Source: Candidatus Spongiisociaceae bacterium
GTDB lineage: Bacteria > Actinomycetota > Acidimicrobiia > Spongiisociales > Spongiisociaceae
Length of the DNA stretch: 64,000 bases
Assembly: GCA_965219685.1 (NCBI GenBank)
Contig: CBDCOH010000002.1
Coordinates: 384,001 to 448,000 of the forward strand
Direction: 5' to 3'
Position 1 is the first letter of the stretch; each line of letters starts with the position of its first letter. Shown here in pieces: positions 30,029-39,458 of the stretch. The notes below the pieces were generated by a model. The model did not search any database. It was given only the letters and a program-made list of their open reading frames with translations, and had not been told where the DNA came from. The translations under genes and the position numbers were made by a program.

Positions 30029-31591
30029 CTACCAACGGGTTCCTTGACCAGTCACCTCTTCGACAGGCAGCCTGATCGGGTAGCGGCTACGGATCCACTC
30101 GTCCTGGGCGCGGGTGACGTGCGCGGGGAAGTGGGTGCGCATGACCTTCCTGACGTGTTCGTGGGCGCGCTCGGCCACATTCGTGGCGCCCTGGTCCCGC
30201 CAGTCGTCGGGGCTGTTGCGGTCCCCGATCAGCGGGTAAACGTATTCGCGCTGCATCAGGTGGAGGGTCTGGGCGCTTCCCAGGAAGTGCCCGGGACCGA
30301 AGATGGTGTCGTGGATCACCTGCGCGGAGAGAGTGGAGTCGTCGATGTCGATCCCCCGGATGGTGCGGTTGACAGACCCGAGCATGTCGTTGTCGACGAC
30401 CAGCGCCTCGAGGGAGAAGCCGAGCAGCGAGGCCAGCATTCCAGCGGACTCGTACACGAGATTGGCACCTGCCTGGCCCGCCAGGAGGGTGGTGATGCCC
30501 TTTTCGTAGCCGGCCTGGTTGTCCGGGAGCTTGGAATCCGCCATTCCGGCTGCAACCCCGGAGGGCAGTCCCAGCCAGTTGACGATCTGCGCGGCGGCTG
30601 CGTTGAGGACGGCCTCCTCCCCGGAACCCCCGCTCATGGCGCCGGTGCGCAGGTCCGACACGAACGGCCACAGGCCCATCACACACGGGTGCCCCGGGTT
30701 GATCAGGTTGACGCTGGTCAGAGCGGCCAGGCACTCGGCCAGGGCCTGGACCAGCGACCCCCCGAGTGCAGCGGGGGACGTGGCGCCGGCTTGCCCGGCC
30801 GATAGCAGGTTGATGGGCATTCCGGTCCGGATCTGGGCCACCATGCACTCGGTGGACTCGTAGGCGAAGCGCAGGGGTGGCACCACGAAGGTGTTGTTGG
30901 CTGCGACGAAAGGCCGCCTGCGAAACTCCCCTTCACCTCCGAGCACGTAGTCGTACATCTCTACCACCTCGTAGACATGTTCGGGCCGGAAGAAGGAGGT
31001 TCCCTGCGGCTTGTCGGTGCCCATCATCGTGGCGTAGGCCGTATTGATGTCCACCTCGCGGGACTTCTCCAGATCCCTGGTGACGATGGTCCGTACGAAG
31101 AAGTGGATGTGTTCGAGAGTGTCGATCAACCGGGATGCGTCGTACAGATCGAGCGTGGTTGTGGGCCGGAACGTCCGGTCGTGGTAGTCGAGCATCAGGA
31201 CGGCGGCGCCCGCCGTACCGAAGTGAACCTTGCTGTCGGACAGCTCGATGCTCCTGTCCTCGTCGAGACCGTGCCAGACCCAGGACTTGGCAGCCACCTC
31301 TTCGACTACCCGCTGCACGACGGCCCTCGGATAGTGGAGCCTTCCCTTTTCGTCCAGATGGCCCCCGGCTCCGGTCACCGCCTCCACGAACTCCGGGATC
31401 GGGTCACCCATCCCTACCTCTTCGATGAGGCTCAGCGCCGTGCTGTAGACCCTCTGCATGTCCGATTCGGTGAGAGGGGAGTAGGCGCCTCCCCTGAAGC
31501 CGGGACGGACGGCGCGTTCGTCGGCGGTGGGTCCGGCGGCCCGTGCGGCTACCCGTGCGGCACGTCCTCCTGCTCTTCGTCGGCGTGCCAT
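30029..31591 (-). CDS. Trimethylamine methyltransferase family (MttB, non-pyrrolysine; MtgB-like)
   Basis: RRRAGGRAAR, HFGTAGAA, AGATSPAALGG, SDLRTGAMSGGS, DSKLPDNQAGYE, GPGHFLG. Confidence 0.92.
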   Translation of the reverse strand: MARRRRAGGRAARVAARAAGPTADERAVRPGFRGGAYSPLTESDMQRVYSTALSLIEEVGMGDPIPEFVEAVTGAGGHLDEKGRLHYPRAVVQRVVEEVAAKSWVWHGLDEDRSIELSDSKVHFGTAGAAVLMLDYHDRTFRPTTTLDLYDASRLIDTLEHIHFFVRTIVTRDLEKSREVDINTAYATMMGTDKPQGTSFFRPEHVYEVVEMYDYVLGGEGEFRRRPFVAANNTFVVPPLRFAYESTECMVAQIRTGMPINLLSAGQAGATSPAALGGSLVQALAECLAALTSVNLINPGHPCVMGLWPFVSDLRTGAMSGGSGEEAVLNAAAAQIVNWLGLPSGVAAGMADSKLPDNQAGYEKGITTLLAGQAGANLVYESAGMLASLLGFSLEALVVDNDMLGSVNRTIRGIDIDDSTLSAQVIHDTIFGPGHFLGSAQTLHLMQREYVYPLIGDRNSPDDWRDQGATNVAERAHEHVRKVMRTHFPAHVTRAQDEWIRSRYPIRLPVEEVTGQGTRW

Positions 31592-31592
31592 G

Positions 31593-34010
31593 TCAGGCCC
31601 TCAGCCTTCTGTTGTTCGGGTCCCAGACCGCTTCGGCCAGCACGGTGGCGGTCCGGCGCCGGTTCATCACGTCTATCCCGAAGTTCGATCCGGGCGCCTC
31701 GAACTCGGGGTCCACGTAGGCGAACAGGATGCTCCGGCCCACCGAATGGGCCCACGTGCCGCTGGTCGTGATGCCCATGATCCGGTCACCGTCGTAGGTT
31801 GGCTCGTTCCCCAGGCAGTCGGCGTCACCCTCGTCCAACTCGGCGTAGACCAGTACCATGCTGAGCGGCTCCGGCTGATCCCTGCGGGCCAATGTCGCCC
31901 GCTTGCCCTGGAAGTCCTTGCCGTAGTCCACGAACCGACCCAGGCGGGCCTCGACCGGGGTGATCTCGGTGGTGAGTTCGGAGCCGAACGCCTTGTAGGC
32001 CTTCTCGATGCGCATCGCGTTCATGGCCCGGCTCCCGAAGTCTACGATCCCGTGCGGCGCGCCGGCCTTGTGGATGGCCTCGTAAGCCTCCACCATGTGT
32101 TCCAGGGGCATGTGCAGTTCCCAACCCAGCTCTCCCACATAGGAGACCCGCAGCGCGATGCAAGGCGCCCCCGCCACCTCGATCTCCTGGCCGGTCAGCC
32201 AGGGGAAGGCCTGGTTGGAGAGGTCGGCGCCGGTTAGCCCGGACAGTACGTCCCGGGAGCGGGGCCCGGTGATCGCCAGGATGCCGGTCCGGTCCGTTAC
32301 GTCGCTCACGGTCACATCCTCGCCCTCTTGGATGTGGAAGGTCAGCCAGTCGAAGTCATGTGCCTGTCCGACGACCGCCGAGTTCAGGTAGAAGCGGTCG
32401 GAGGCGAGACGGGTGATGGTCATCTCCGTCTCGATACCTCCCAGAGTGGTGAGCATGTGAACCAGCCGGATGCCTCCGTCCCGCAGGGGGAGCCGGTTGG
32501 CGGACAGCCGGTCCAGCAGGGAGGCGGCGTCGGCTCCCCGAACCTCGAACTTGGCGAACGCGGTCAGATCCGCGATGCCCACCCGCTCCCGTATGGCCCT
32601 CACCTCGACTCCCACCTCGTCATGGGCCGAGGAGCGACGGAAGGAGTAGATCTCCGGGTCGGGGGAGAAGTACATAGCCCTTTCCCAGCCCCACACCTCC
32701 TGCCAGCGAGCACCCTTGGCGTCCAGGATGTCGTATAGGGGCGTCTGCTTCATGGGGCGGCCCGCGTCCCGGTACTCATTGGGCATTCGTACCTGGTACA
32801 TCTCGTGGAACTCGTCGATCGAGCGCTCATGGGTGTAGTGGCCCGGCGCGTAGGGTCCGAAGCGGCGGGGATCCATGTTGGCCACGTTGATCTCGGTCTG
32901 GCCGTGGACCATCCACTGGGCCAGGTACTTACCGGCGCCGGGACCTTGAGTTATCCCGATCGACGCGCCCGCGCAGTACCAGTAGTTGCGAAGCCCCGGA
33001 GCCGGTCCCATCAGGTAACCCGCGTCGGGGGTGTGGGTGATCGGTCCCGAGACCACCTGCTTGATCCCGGCGCCGGCGAAGCAGGGAAGTCGCTGGGCGG
33101 CGAACTCCAGCCACGGCAGGAGGCGGTCCAACTCGACCGGGGTGAGGTGAAAGGTCAGGTCCCAGTCGATCCCTCCCACGCCGTATTCCTTGGCGTCCTC
33201 CCGTTCGTAGGGTCCGATGATGAGCCCATCGTGTTCCTGGCGGTAGTAGCAGGACGCCCGCGGATCGCGTACAACGGGGTGTTCGGTCTTCAGGGCCGCG
33301 ACCTCTTCGATCCGTTCCGTGACCAGGTACTGGTGGATCACCGATTCGATCGGCACATCGAGGCCCACCATCGCACCGAGCTGGGGGGTGTAGGATCCGG
33401 CCGCGTTGACGACGTGCTCCGCCACCACGCGGCCCTTCTCGGTGATTACCTCCCAGCGCCCGTCCGGGAGTTGGTTCATGTCGGTGACCCGGTTCTTGCG
33501 GCTGATCTCGGCGCCGAGATTGCGGGCTCCGATCGCCATCGTGTTGGTGGCCGCGGAGGGATCGGTCCATCCGTCGCCGGGAGTCCAGAGACCCAGCTTG
33601 ATGTCCGGCTCGACATCGAGGAGAGGAGCCACCTGGGTGATCTCCGAGGGGCCGAGGAGGTGGCACTCCAGGCCGATGTACTGCAGGATGCCCTTGACGT
33701 AGTAGAACCAGTCGACCTCGTTGTCGTAACGGGCCAGGCGCACCGCTCCGCACCCGTGCCAGCCCGAGTGCATGCCGGTTTCCTGTTCGATCACCTTGTA
33801 GAGGTCGGCGGTGTCCCGGTGCACCTTGGCCATGTTGAGGTCGCCGATAAAGTGGGGGATCAGTCCTGCGGCGTGCCATGTGGAGCCGGAGGTGAGCTCG
33901 TCCTTCTCGATCAGGATGGTGTCGGTCCAGCCTTCGTGGGCGAGAAAGTAGAGAAGGCCGACGCCCATGGCGCCCCCGCCAACTATGGCAACCCGAACCT
34001 CATCGCGCAT
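31593..34010 (-). CDS. GcvT-family FAD-dependent dehydrogenase (dimethylglycine dehydrogenase-like)
   Basis: GGGAMG, LTSGSTWHAAG, HQYLVT, GWERA, SYVGELGWELH, RIEKAY. Confidence 0.92.
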   Translation of the reverse strand: MRDEVRVAIVGGGAMGVGLLYFLAHEGWTDTILIEKDELTSGSTWHAAGLIPHFIGDLNMAKVHRDTADLYKVIEQETGMHSGWHGCGAVRLARYDNEVDWFYYVKGILQYIGLECHLLGPSEITQVAPLLDVEPDIKLGLWTPGDGWTDPSAATNTMAIGARNLGAEISRKNRVTDMNQLPDGRWEVITEKGRVVAEHVVNAAGSYTPQLGAMVGLDVPIESVIHQYLVTERIEEVAALKTEHPVVRDPRASCYYRQEHDGLIIGPYEREDAKEYGVGGIDWDLTFHLTPVELDRLLPWLEFAAQRLPCFAGAGIKQVVSGPITHTPDAGYLMGPAPGLRNYWYCAGASIGITQGPGAGKYLAQWMVHGQTEINVANMDPRRFGPYAPGHYTHERSIDEFHEMYQVRMPNEYRDAGRPMKQTPLYDILDAKGARWQEVWGWERAMYFSPDPEIYSFRRSSAHDEVGVEVRAIRERVGIADLTAFAKFEVRGADAASLLDRLSANRLPLRDGGIRLVHMLTTLGGIETEMTITRLASDRFYLNSAVVGQAHDFDWLTFHIQEGEDVTVSDVTDRTGILAITGPRSRDVLSGLTGADLSNQAFPWLTGQEIEVAGAPCIALRVSYVGELGWELHMPLEHMVEAYEAIHKAGAPHGIVDFGSRAMNAMRIEKAYKAFGSELTTEITPVEARLGRFVDYGKDFQGKRATLARRDQPEPLSMVLVYAELDEGDADCLGNEPTYDGDRIMGITTSGTWAHSVGRSILFAYVDPEFEAPGSNFGIDVMNRRRTATVLAEAVWDPNNRRLRA

Positions 34011-34199
34011 CGTCGTCCTCCGGCGACTTAGGGTGTGGGAGTCTCATCACCTTCTGCCGGCCTCAAGAATCCCCGGAAGTGGAGGATAGTGGCTTACAGG
34101 TAGCATCTCGCACCGAACACGGAGAAACTTCGACGCCTGGCAAAGTTGTCTCGAACGAGCCGGGCGCCGACTCCGGTGCCCGGCACCCGGTGCCCGGCA

Positions 34200-35111
34200 C
34201 TAGAGCCTCGTCAGCAGATACTGGGCGGCCATCAGATCCAGGTGGCCCCCGCCGGCGTTCTTGAACAAGGTGATGTCGTCGTGGCCGGTCCGGCCGGGTA
34301 CAGAACCGGTGGCGAGCTGGTAGTGATCGCCGACGATGTCCTCGGCTTCGATCACCCTGGACGCGATCGGGATGCCGATCTCGCCGGTGTCGATGGCCGT
34401 CTGGCGCGAATCCACGAACACGCGGGATCGGGTGACCGCGCAGTCGTCGGCCTCGCGCATGTGGGGGAGGTAGGAGCCGACCAGGTCGAGGTGAGTGCCG
34501 GGACGCAGCCAGGAGCCTTGGATGAGCGGCTCCACCGTCATGGTCGCACACGACACGATGTCGGCCGCCTCGACGGCAGCCCTGAGATCGGTGGTCGCTT
34601 TCGCGTCCAGATGGGCCATCTCGACTGCCAGGGCTTCCGCTCGGGCAGTCGTGCGGTTCCAGATGGTGACCTCCTCGATGGACGGACAGCCCACCATGTG
34701 TGCACGGATCAGATGCGGCGCCATGGCTCCCGCACCCACCATCAACAGACGTGTGGCTCCGGGCCGGGCGAGATACCGGGTCGCCAGGGCCGAGTCGCAG
34801 GCGGTCTTGAACCAGGTGAGAGCGTTGCCGACGATCACGGCGCGTTCTTGGCCGGTGACCGGGTCGAACGCGACATAGACGGTGTGGATGGAAGGGATCT
34901 CGGTGTTGGCGGGAAAGATCGTGGCCAGCTTGATGCCCAGACCGGCTCCGGCCGCGAATCCGGCTCTGGCGAGTAGACCGTTACCGCCGCCGTCATCGGT
35001 GTAGAGGTCGGCCAGCCGAGCCGGAGCTAGTCGGTGGCAGGCCTCGAAGAAGTCGATGAGTGGTTCGTAGTCCAGCAACTTGAGGGCATCCCGATGGGAA
35101 ACAACATGCAT
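34200..35111 (-). CDS. Ornithine cyclodeaminase / mu-crystallin family protein
   Basis: GIKLATIFPAN, LTWFKTA, VGAGAMA, HLDLVGSY, LFKNAGG. Confidence 0.88.
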   Translation of the reverse strand: MHVVSHRDALKLLDYEPLIDFFEACHRLAPARLADLYTDDGGGNGLLARAGFAAGAGLGIKLATIFPANTEIPSIHTVYVAFDPVTGQERAVIVGNALTWFKTACDSALATRYLARPGATRLLMVGAGAMAPHLIRAHMVGCPSIEEVTIWNRTTARAEALAVEMAHLDAKATTDLRAAVEAADIVSCATMTVEPLIQGSWLRPGTHLDLVGSYLPHMREADDCAVTRSRVFVDSRQTAIDTGEIGIPIASRVIEAEDIVGDHYQLATGSVPGRTGHDDITLFKNAGGGHLDLMAAQYLLTRL

Positions 35112-35202
35112 GATCGCCCACGGTAGCCCTCCTCGGCGTGAAGTCGGTGCAGGGGTACCCGGAAGTCTCTGCATACGGAGCCGTTCTGGTATAGGATTGA
35201 AA

Positions 35203-35224
35203 GTACATGATGTACGTCACGTAC
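35203..35224. promoter_or_regulatory. Overlapping palindromes, probable TA autorepression operator
   Basis: GTACATGATGTACGTCACGTAC: three GTAC at 9-bp spacing, just after TTGAAA. Confidence 0.55.
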
Positions 35225-35274
35225 TGAGATATCGCCCGTTGGTCGGCTGCCTTTCGGGCAGGGGAGATGTATGG

Positions 35275-35697
35275 ATGTCTGCTGCTGGAGCATTCCTCAC
35301 CTATACCGATGCGCGCAAAGGGCTAAGGCAGATCCTCGACCGAGCGGAAGCAGGGGTGCCCGTCGGGATTCGTAGTCGAGGGCGCAACGTCGTGGTTGTC
35401 GGTGGAGAAGCGCTTCGTGGGGTCCTACGCACTTCGCCACAGGTACCGCGCCCGCTTGTCGTTGCCGAGAACGGAGGATGGTCGGTCTTGCTCCCCGGAA
35501 CTCCTGTGGCAGCGGACAGCACCACGCTCGACGAGGCGATAGACGACTTCGTCATGGCCCTGCGCGAGTACGGGGAGGACTGGGAGGAACGTCTCCATGT
35601 GGCGCCTAACCACAAAGAGAACTGGGCGTTGGTGTGTTTTCTGAACCTGGTCACGGATGAAGAACTGCAGGACTGGGTGACCGGCCGCCCTAGATGA
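35275..35697 (+). CDS. Type II antitoxin (Phd-like N-terminus + HicB-like C-terminus)
   Basis: YTDARKGLRQILDRAEAG, then GTPVAAD..TLDEAIDD..ALREY..DW..APNH; GGGGAG RBS. Confidence 0.75.
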   Translation: MSAAGAFLTYTDARKGLRQILDRAEAGVPVGIRSRGRNVVVVGGEALRGVLRTSPQVPRPLVVAENGGWSVLLPGTPVAADSTTLDEAIDDFVMALREYGEDWEERLHVAPNHKENWALVCFLNLVTDEELQDWVTGRPR

Positions 35698-36116
35698 GCT
35701 TCCCCGCGCCGACGCGCCGGGATCATCTCCGATTCTGCAAGATCGAAGGCTGGGAGGAGGTCAGGTCCGCTACCGGGAAACTATCTCGGCACCACGCAAC
35801 CTTCGAGCTTCGGATTCCCTCGGGTGACATCCTGCGCACCCGGATTTCGCGTTCGTCACGCAGGAAGACCTACGGGGCGAGCTTGTGGGCGCACAGTCTC
35901 CGGGATCAACTCCGCGTCTCCGAGGAGGAGTTCTGGCGGTGCGTACGAGACGGCGGCCAGCCCGACCGAGGATCAGATCCGGTGCCCCCATCGGCACTCC
36001 CGAGCGACCTGGTGTACCAGCTGAGGAACGAAGTGGGTCTGTCCTCCGGAGAAATCGCCGTCATGAGCTTGCAGGAAGCGGTCGAGCGGATGCAGCAGCA
36101 TTGGATGGGCGGGTGA
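35694..36116 (+). CDS. Cognate toxin (HicA-like actinobacterial family)
   Basis: DHLRFCKIEGW..HHATFEL..GDILRTRIS..LRDQLRVSEEEFW; ATGA overlap. Confidence 0.72.
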   Translation: MSFPAPTRRDHLRFCKIEGWEEVRSATGKLSRHHATFELRIPSGDILRTRISRSSRRKTYGASLWAHSLRDQLRVSEEEFWRCVRDGGQPDRGSDPVPPSALPSDLVYQLRNEVGLSSGEIAVMSLQEAVERMQQHWMGG

Positions 36117-36155
36117 CCGGTCCATAGTCGGTCCGGCGTAAGGCAGCTGTTGACG

Positions 36156-38888
36156 CTATCCGGTGTTGCGCATGCCTGCGGCGATCCCGTTGATCGTCAG
36201 CAGCAGGCCGCGCTGGTACCTGTCCGGATCGCCTGAGCGGGAGCGGTGTAGCAACTCGACCTGCAGGAGGTTGAGCGGGTCGAGATAGGCGTCCCTCACC
36301 GCGAGAGTGCGGCGCAGGATAGGGCGGTCCGCCAGCAGGTCTGCCTGTGTGATCCGACCGAGAGCGGTGATCGTACGGCCGTACTCGGCGCTGATCATGT
36401 CGAACATGCCGCGGTGTTCTGCAGGTACCAGGTGATCCACGTACCGGCGGGCGATCGACAGGTCCGTCTTGGCCAACGTCATCTCCACATTGGAGACAAA
36501 GGTCCGGAAGAAGGGCCACTCCCGGTACATCCGGGCTAGTTCGCTGCCCTCTCCGGCTGCGAACGCCGCTTCCATTCCGCTGCCGACTCCGTACCAGCCC
36601 GGGATGATCTGGCGCGACTGCGTCCAACCGAACACCCACGGGATCGCCCGCAGGTTGCTCACGCCGATCGTCTGGCGGGTTCGCCGAGCGGGTCGCGAGC
36701 CGATGTTGAGGAGGCTCAATTCCTCCACCGGGGTTGAGGTGGTGAAGTACTCCACCATTCCGGGCCTTTCGATGAAACGCCGGTAGCTCTTGAACGCGGC
36801 GCTAGAGACGAGGTCCATGACCCGGTACCACCGTTGGACGTCCGCTACATCATGCTCGGGGGTACGGCGGGCGAGGGATGCCTCCACCAGCGCCGACAAG
36901 GCCAACTCGAGATTCTGGGAGGCCAGCGCCGGGAGTCCGTACTTGTCGGCGATCACCTCACCCTGCTCGGTGAGCTTCATGACGCCGTCCAGGGCTCCGT
37001 AGGGTTGACTCAGTATGGCGGCATGGGTGGGCCCGCCGCCCCGACCGATGGATCCGCCCCGTCCATGGAACACCTCTATCCGGATCCCGCTACGTTGCGA
37101 GAGGTCGCGGATGGCGACCAACGACTTGTGGATCTCCCATTGGGAGGTGGTGATTCCCCCGTCCTTGTTCGAGTCGGAGTACCCGACCATCACCTCCTGC
37201 GTGTTGTCCCGGAGTTCTAGGAGCCGGCGATAGGCGGGTACCTCGAACAACTCCTCGAGGATGGGACCGATCGATCTCAGGTCGTCGATGGTCTCGAACA
37301 GCGGGACGAACCCAAGCCGTGCCACATCCCGGGTCGGGTCGACCAGACCGACCTCGCGGGCCAGGACCACCGGCGCCAGGATGTCGTCGACGCCCCGGGT
37401 CATGGAGACGATGTAAGACTCGACGACCTGGTCCCCGTGCTGATCCAGGAGGCTGCGGAGCAGCCTGAACAACTCCAGGGTCTCGTCGACGGATCCGTTG
37501 GTCGGCGGGGCCAGCGGCCGGTACCCGGACAGCTCGCCGGCGAGGAACCGGGTCCGCTCGCCGCGGTCGAGCTCGCGGTACTCGGTGTCGAGGCAGGCCG
37601 TGAGCCTGCCGATGGTGCGGTGGTGGTGGTCAGCGTGCTGACGTATGTCGAGCGCGGCCAGGTGGAACCCGACCGTCGCGGCCATGCTCCGGATCCGGGC
37701 CAGCTTCCCCCGGGCGATCAGCAAGCCTCGGTTCGCGCGCAAGGAAGCATCGATCAGAGCCAGGTCGGCTAGCAGTGCAGGCGGGCCCGAGTAGGTGTGA
37801 GGACCCCCGACGAGTGTGTCCGCCAGTCGCGAGCAGATAATCATCAATGCCTGGCGGTAGGGCTCGAGGTCCCTCGTCTCCCTCAAGGAGTCGTGATGGG
37901 ACTCGCGGTAACGGTCAATGAAGCCTGCGAGTGCGCTCGACGCGGGGACAACACGGGTACTGATGCTCAACTCGGCAGCCAGGCCCTCCACCTCTGCCAT
38001 CAGTAGTCCCAGAGCCGCCCTCCGCTGCTGTTCCAGAACGGTCCGGGTCATCGACAGCGTGACGTTGGGATTCCCGTCCCGGTCGCCCCCCACCCACGAG
38101 CCGAACCGGATCGGGCTGTGGTCCCCGTCGAGTTCGCCACCGATCAGCCCCACCGCGGCAGCGATGTCATCCAGCAACCCCGGTACCGCCTCGCGGATCG
38201 TCTGTTCCAGGTAGTGGCGGACGAAGCGGGCCTCGTCGATCGGAGTCGGTCGTTGGTTACGGATCTCGTCTGTCTGCCAGATGGCTTCGATCAACTCGGC
38301 AACCCTCCGGTCGATCCTTGCCCGATCGGCCCGGGAGGCCCGGGGATTGCCCCGCGATGCCGTAGCCTGGGCGATTTCGGTCAGCTTCTCGAGGATGGTG
38401 CGTCGGGTTGCCTCGGTCGGATGGGCGGTGAACACCGGCTTGAGCATCACCCGGTTCAGCAGGGTGACCACCTCGCTCGGGGAAATGCCGGCTTCTACGA
38501 GACCGATCAGGCACTCCTCGATTCCCTGTTCCAGAGCGTGTCCCTCGACGTGCAGGTCCTCGACACGATGCACCTGCTCGATGATGTTGGCCAGATGGAA
38601 GTAGACGGTGAAGGCCCGAACCACCTGCACGGCGAATCCGATGTCCATGTTCTGGAGGAGGGAGGACAGTTCATGGGATACGTCCGCCTGTTCGTGCCGC
38701 AGGCGCCGCGAAAGGGCGCGGACCCGTTCCACGGAGTCAAGCAATTCCCGGCCGTGCTGGTGGACAAGGGTGGCGCCCAACTGACGCCCGAGCCGCCGGA
38801 TATCGGCCCGCAGGCCGGCGTCGATTACATCCAAGGGGTCGATGCGGGTGACGACATCCGTCATGGTCTCGGGGCCTTCCAGGTTCAT
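36156..38888 (-). CDS. ppc: Phosphoenolpyruvate carboxylase
   Basis: VFTAHPT, WVGGDRDGNP, MVGYSDSNKDGG, FHGRGGSIGRGG, RAIPWVF, MRNTG terminus. Confidence 0.97.
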   Translation of the reverse strand: MNLEGPETMTDVVTRIDPLDVIDAGLRADIRRLGRQLGATLVHQHGRELLDSVERVRALSRRLRHEQADVSHELSSLLQNMDIGFAVQVVRAFTVYFHLANIIEQVHRVEDLHVEGHALEQGIEECLIGLVEAGISPSEVVTLLNRVMLKPVFTAHPTEATRRTILEKLTEIAQATASRGNPRASRADRARIDRRVAELIEAIWQTDEIRNQRPTPIDEARFVRHYLEQTIREAVPGLLDDIAAAVGLIGGELDGDHSPIRFGSWVGGDRDGNPNVTLSMTRTVLEQQRRAALGLLMAEVEGLAAELSISTRVVPASSALAGFIDRYRESHHDSLRETRDLEPYRQALMIICSRLADTLVGGPHTYSGPPALLADLALIDASLRANRGLLIARGKLARIRSMAATVGFHLAALDIRQHADHHHRTIGRLTACLDTEYRELDRGERTRFLAGELSGYRPLAPPTNGSVDETLELFRLLRSLLDQHGDQVVESYIVSMTRGVDDILAPVVLAREVGLVDPTRDVARLGFVPLFETIDDLRSIGPILEELFEVPAYRRLLELRDNTQEVMVGYSDSNKDGGITTSQWEIHKSLVAIRDLSQRSGIRIEVFHGRGGSIGRGGGPTHAAILSQPYGALDGVMKLTEQGEVIADKYGLPALASQNLELALSALVEASLARRTPEHDVADVQRWYRVMDLVSSAAFKSYRRFIERPGMVEYFTTSTPVEELSLLNIGSRPARRTRQTIGVSNLRAIPWVFGWTQSRQIIPGWYGVGSGMEAAFAAGEGSELARMYREWPFFRTFVSNVEMTLAKTDLSIARRYVDHLVPAEHRGMFDMISAEYGRTITALGRITQADLLADRPILRRTLAVRDAYLDPLNLLQVELLHRSRSGDPDRYQRGLLLTINGIAAGMRNTG

Positions 38889-39036
38889 CGGCTCGTGTCG
38901 TCCGGGAGCATAGGTCTAAGTGTTTCTCCACGTCCGGCCCATGATTCGGACCCGGGGTTGGTGTCCACTCAATATATTCCGGCCCATACGGGCATACGGT
39001 CAAACCGATGAGAGCGGCGATGGATCGGGAGGGTAA

Positions 39037-39420
39037 ATGCGGGCGTGCCGGACGCTGGGTGATCTTGTAGCGGAGATCGAGGACGGTGGGGGTCGGGGAT
39101 CCCAACGCCTTGCCTCACGAAAGCGACATACCGACCCCGAGGCGGAGGGCAGGGAGGCTCATACCCTTCGGCGACTCCGGCTGTCGCGCAAGGTCACCCA
39201 GACCGAACTCGCTCGGCGCCTCGGCCGCGCCCAGTCGGCGGTGTCGATCATGGAGAGCAGCGAGGACCATCTGATGTCCACGGTCCGCTCGGTCGTGGAG
39301 AGCCTCGGTGGGTCGGTCGAACTCGTTGCTGTGTTCGACGACGAGCGAATTCCGGTCGCGGTGCCGGTCCGCGCTCCTCGTCCGTCGGATCGACCTTCCC
39401 CAAAGCCGGAGGGCGCCTGA
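39037..39420 (+). CDS. XRE-family HTH protein (HigA-like, no adjacent toxin)
   Basis: LRRLR..VTQTELARRLG..QSAVS.ME..STVRSVVESLGGSVELVAVF. Confidence 0.7.
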   Translation: MRACRTLGDLVAEIEDGGGRGSQRLASRKRHTDPEAEGREAHTLRRLRLSRKVTQTELARRLGRAQSAVSIMESSEDHLMSTVRSVVESLGGSVELVAVFDDERIPVAVPVRAPRPSDRPSPKPEGA

Positions 39421-39433
39421 GAGGCGCCCTCCG
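39407..39433. terminator. Hairpin after the first binding-protein gene
   Basis: CGGAGGGCGCCT-GAG-AGGCGCCCTCCG; close paralog at 44553-44583. Confidence 0.7.
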
Positions 39434-39458
39434 AGTAGGTATTGGTTGAGAGTCGGGG

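Noticed and set aside
30029-31591. Pyrrolysine-containing MttB
   Set aside because: No in-frame TAG; the equivalent region reads ESAGMLAS.
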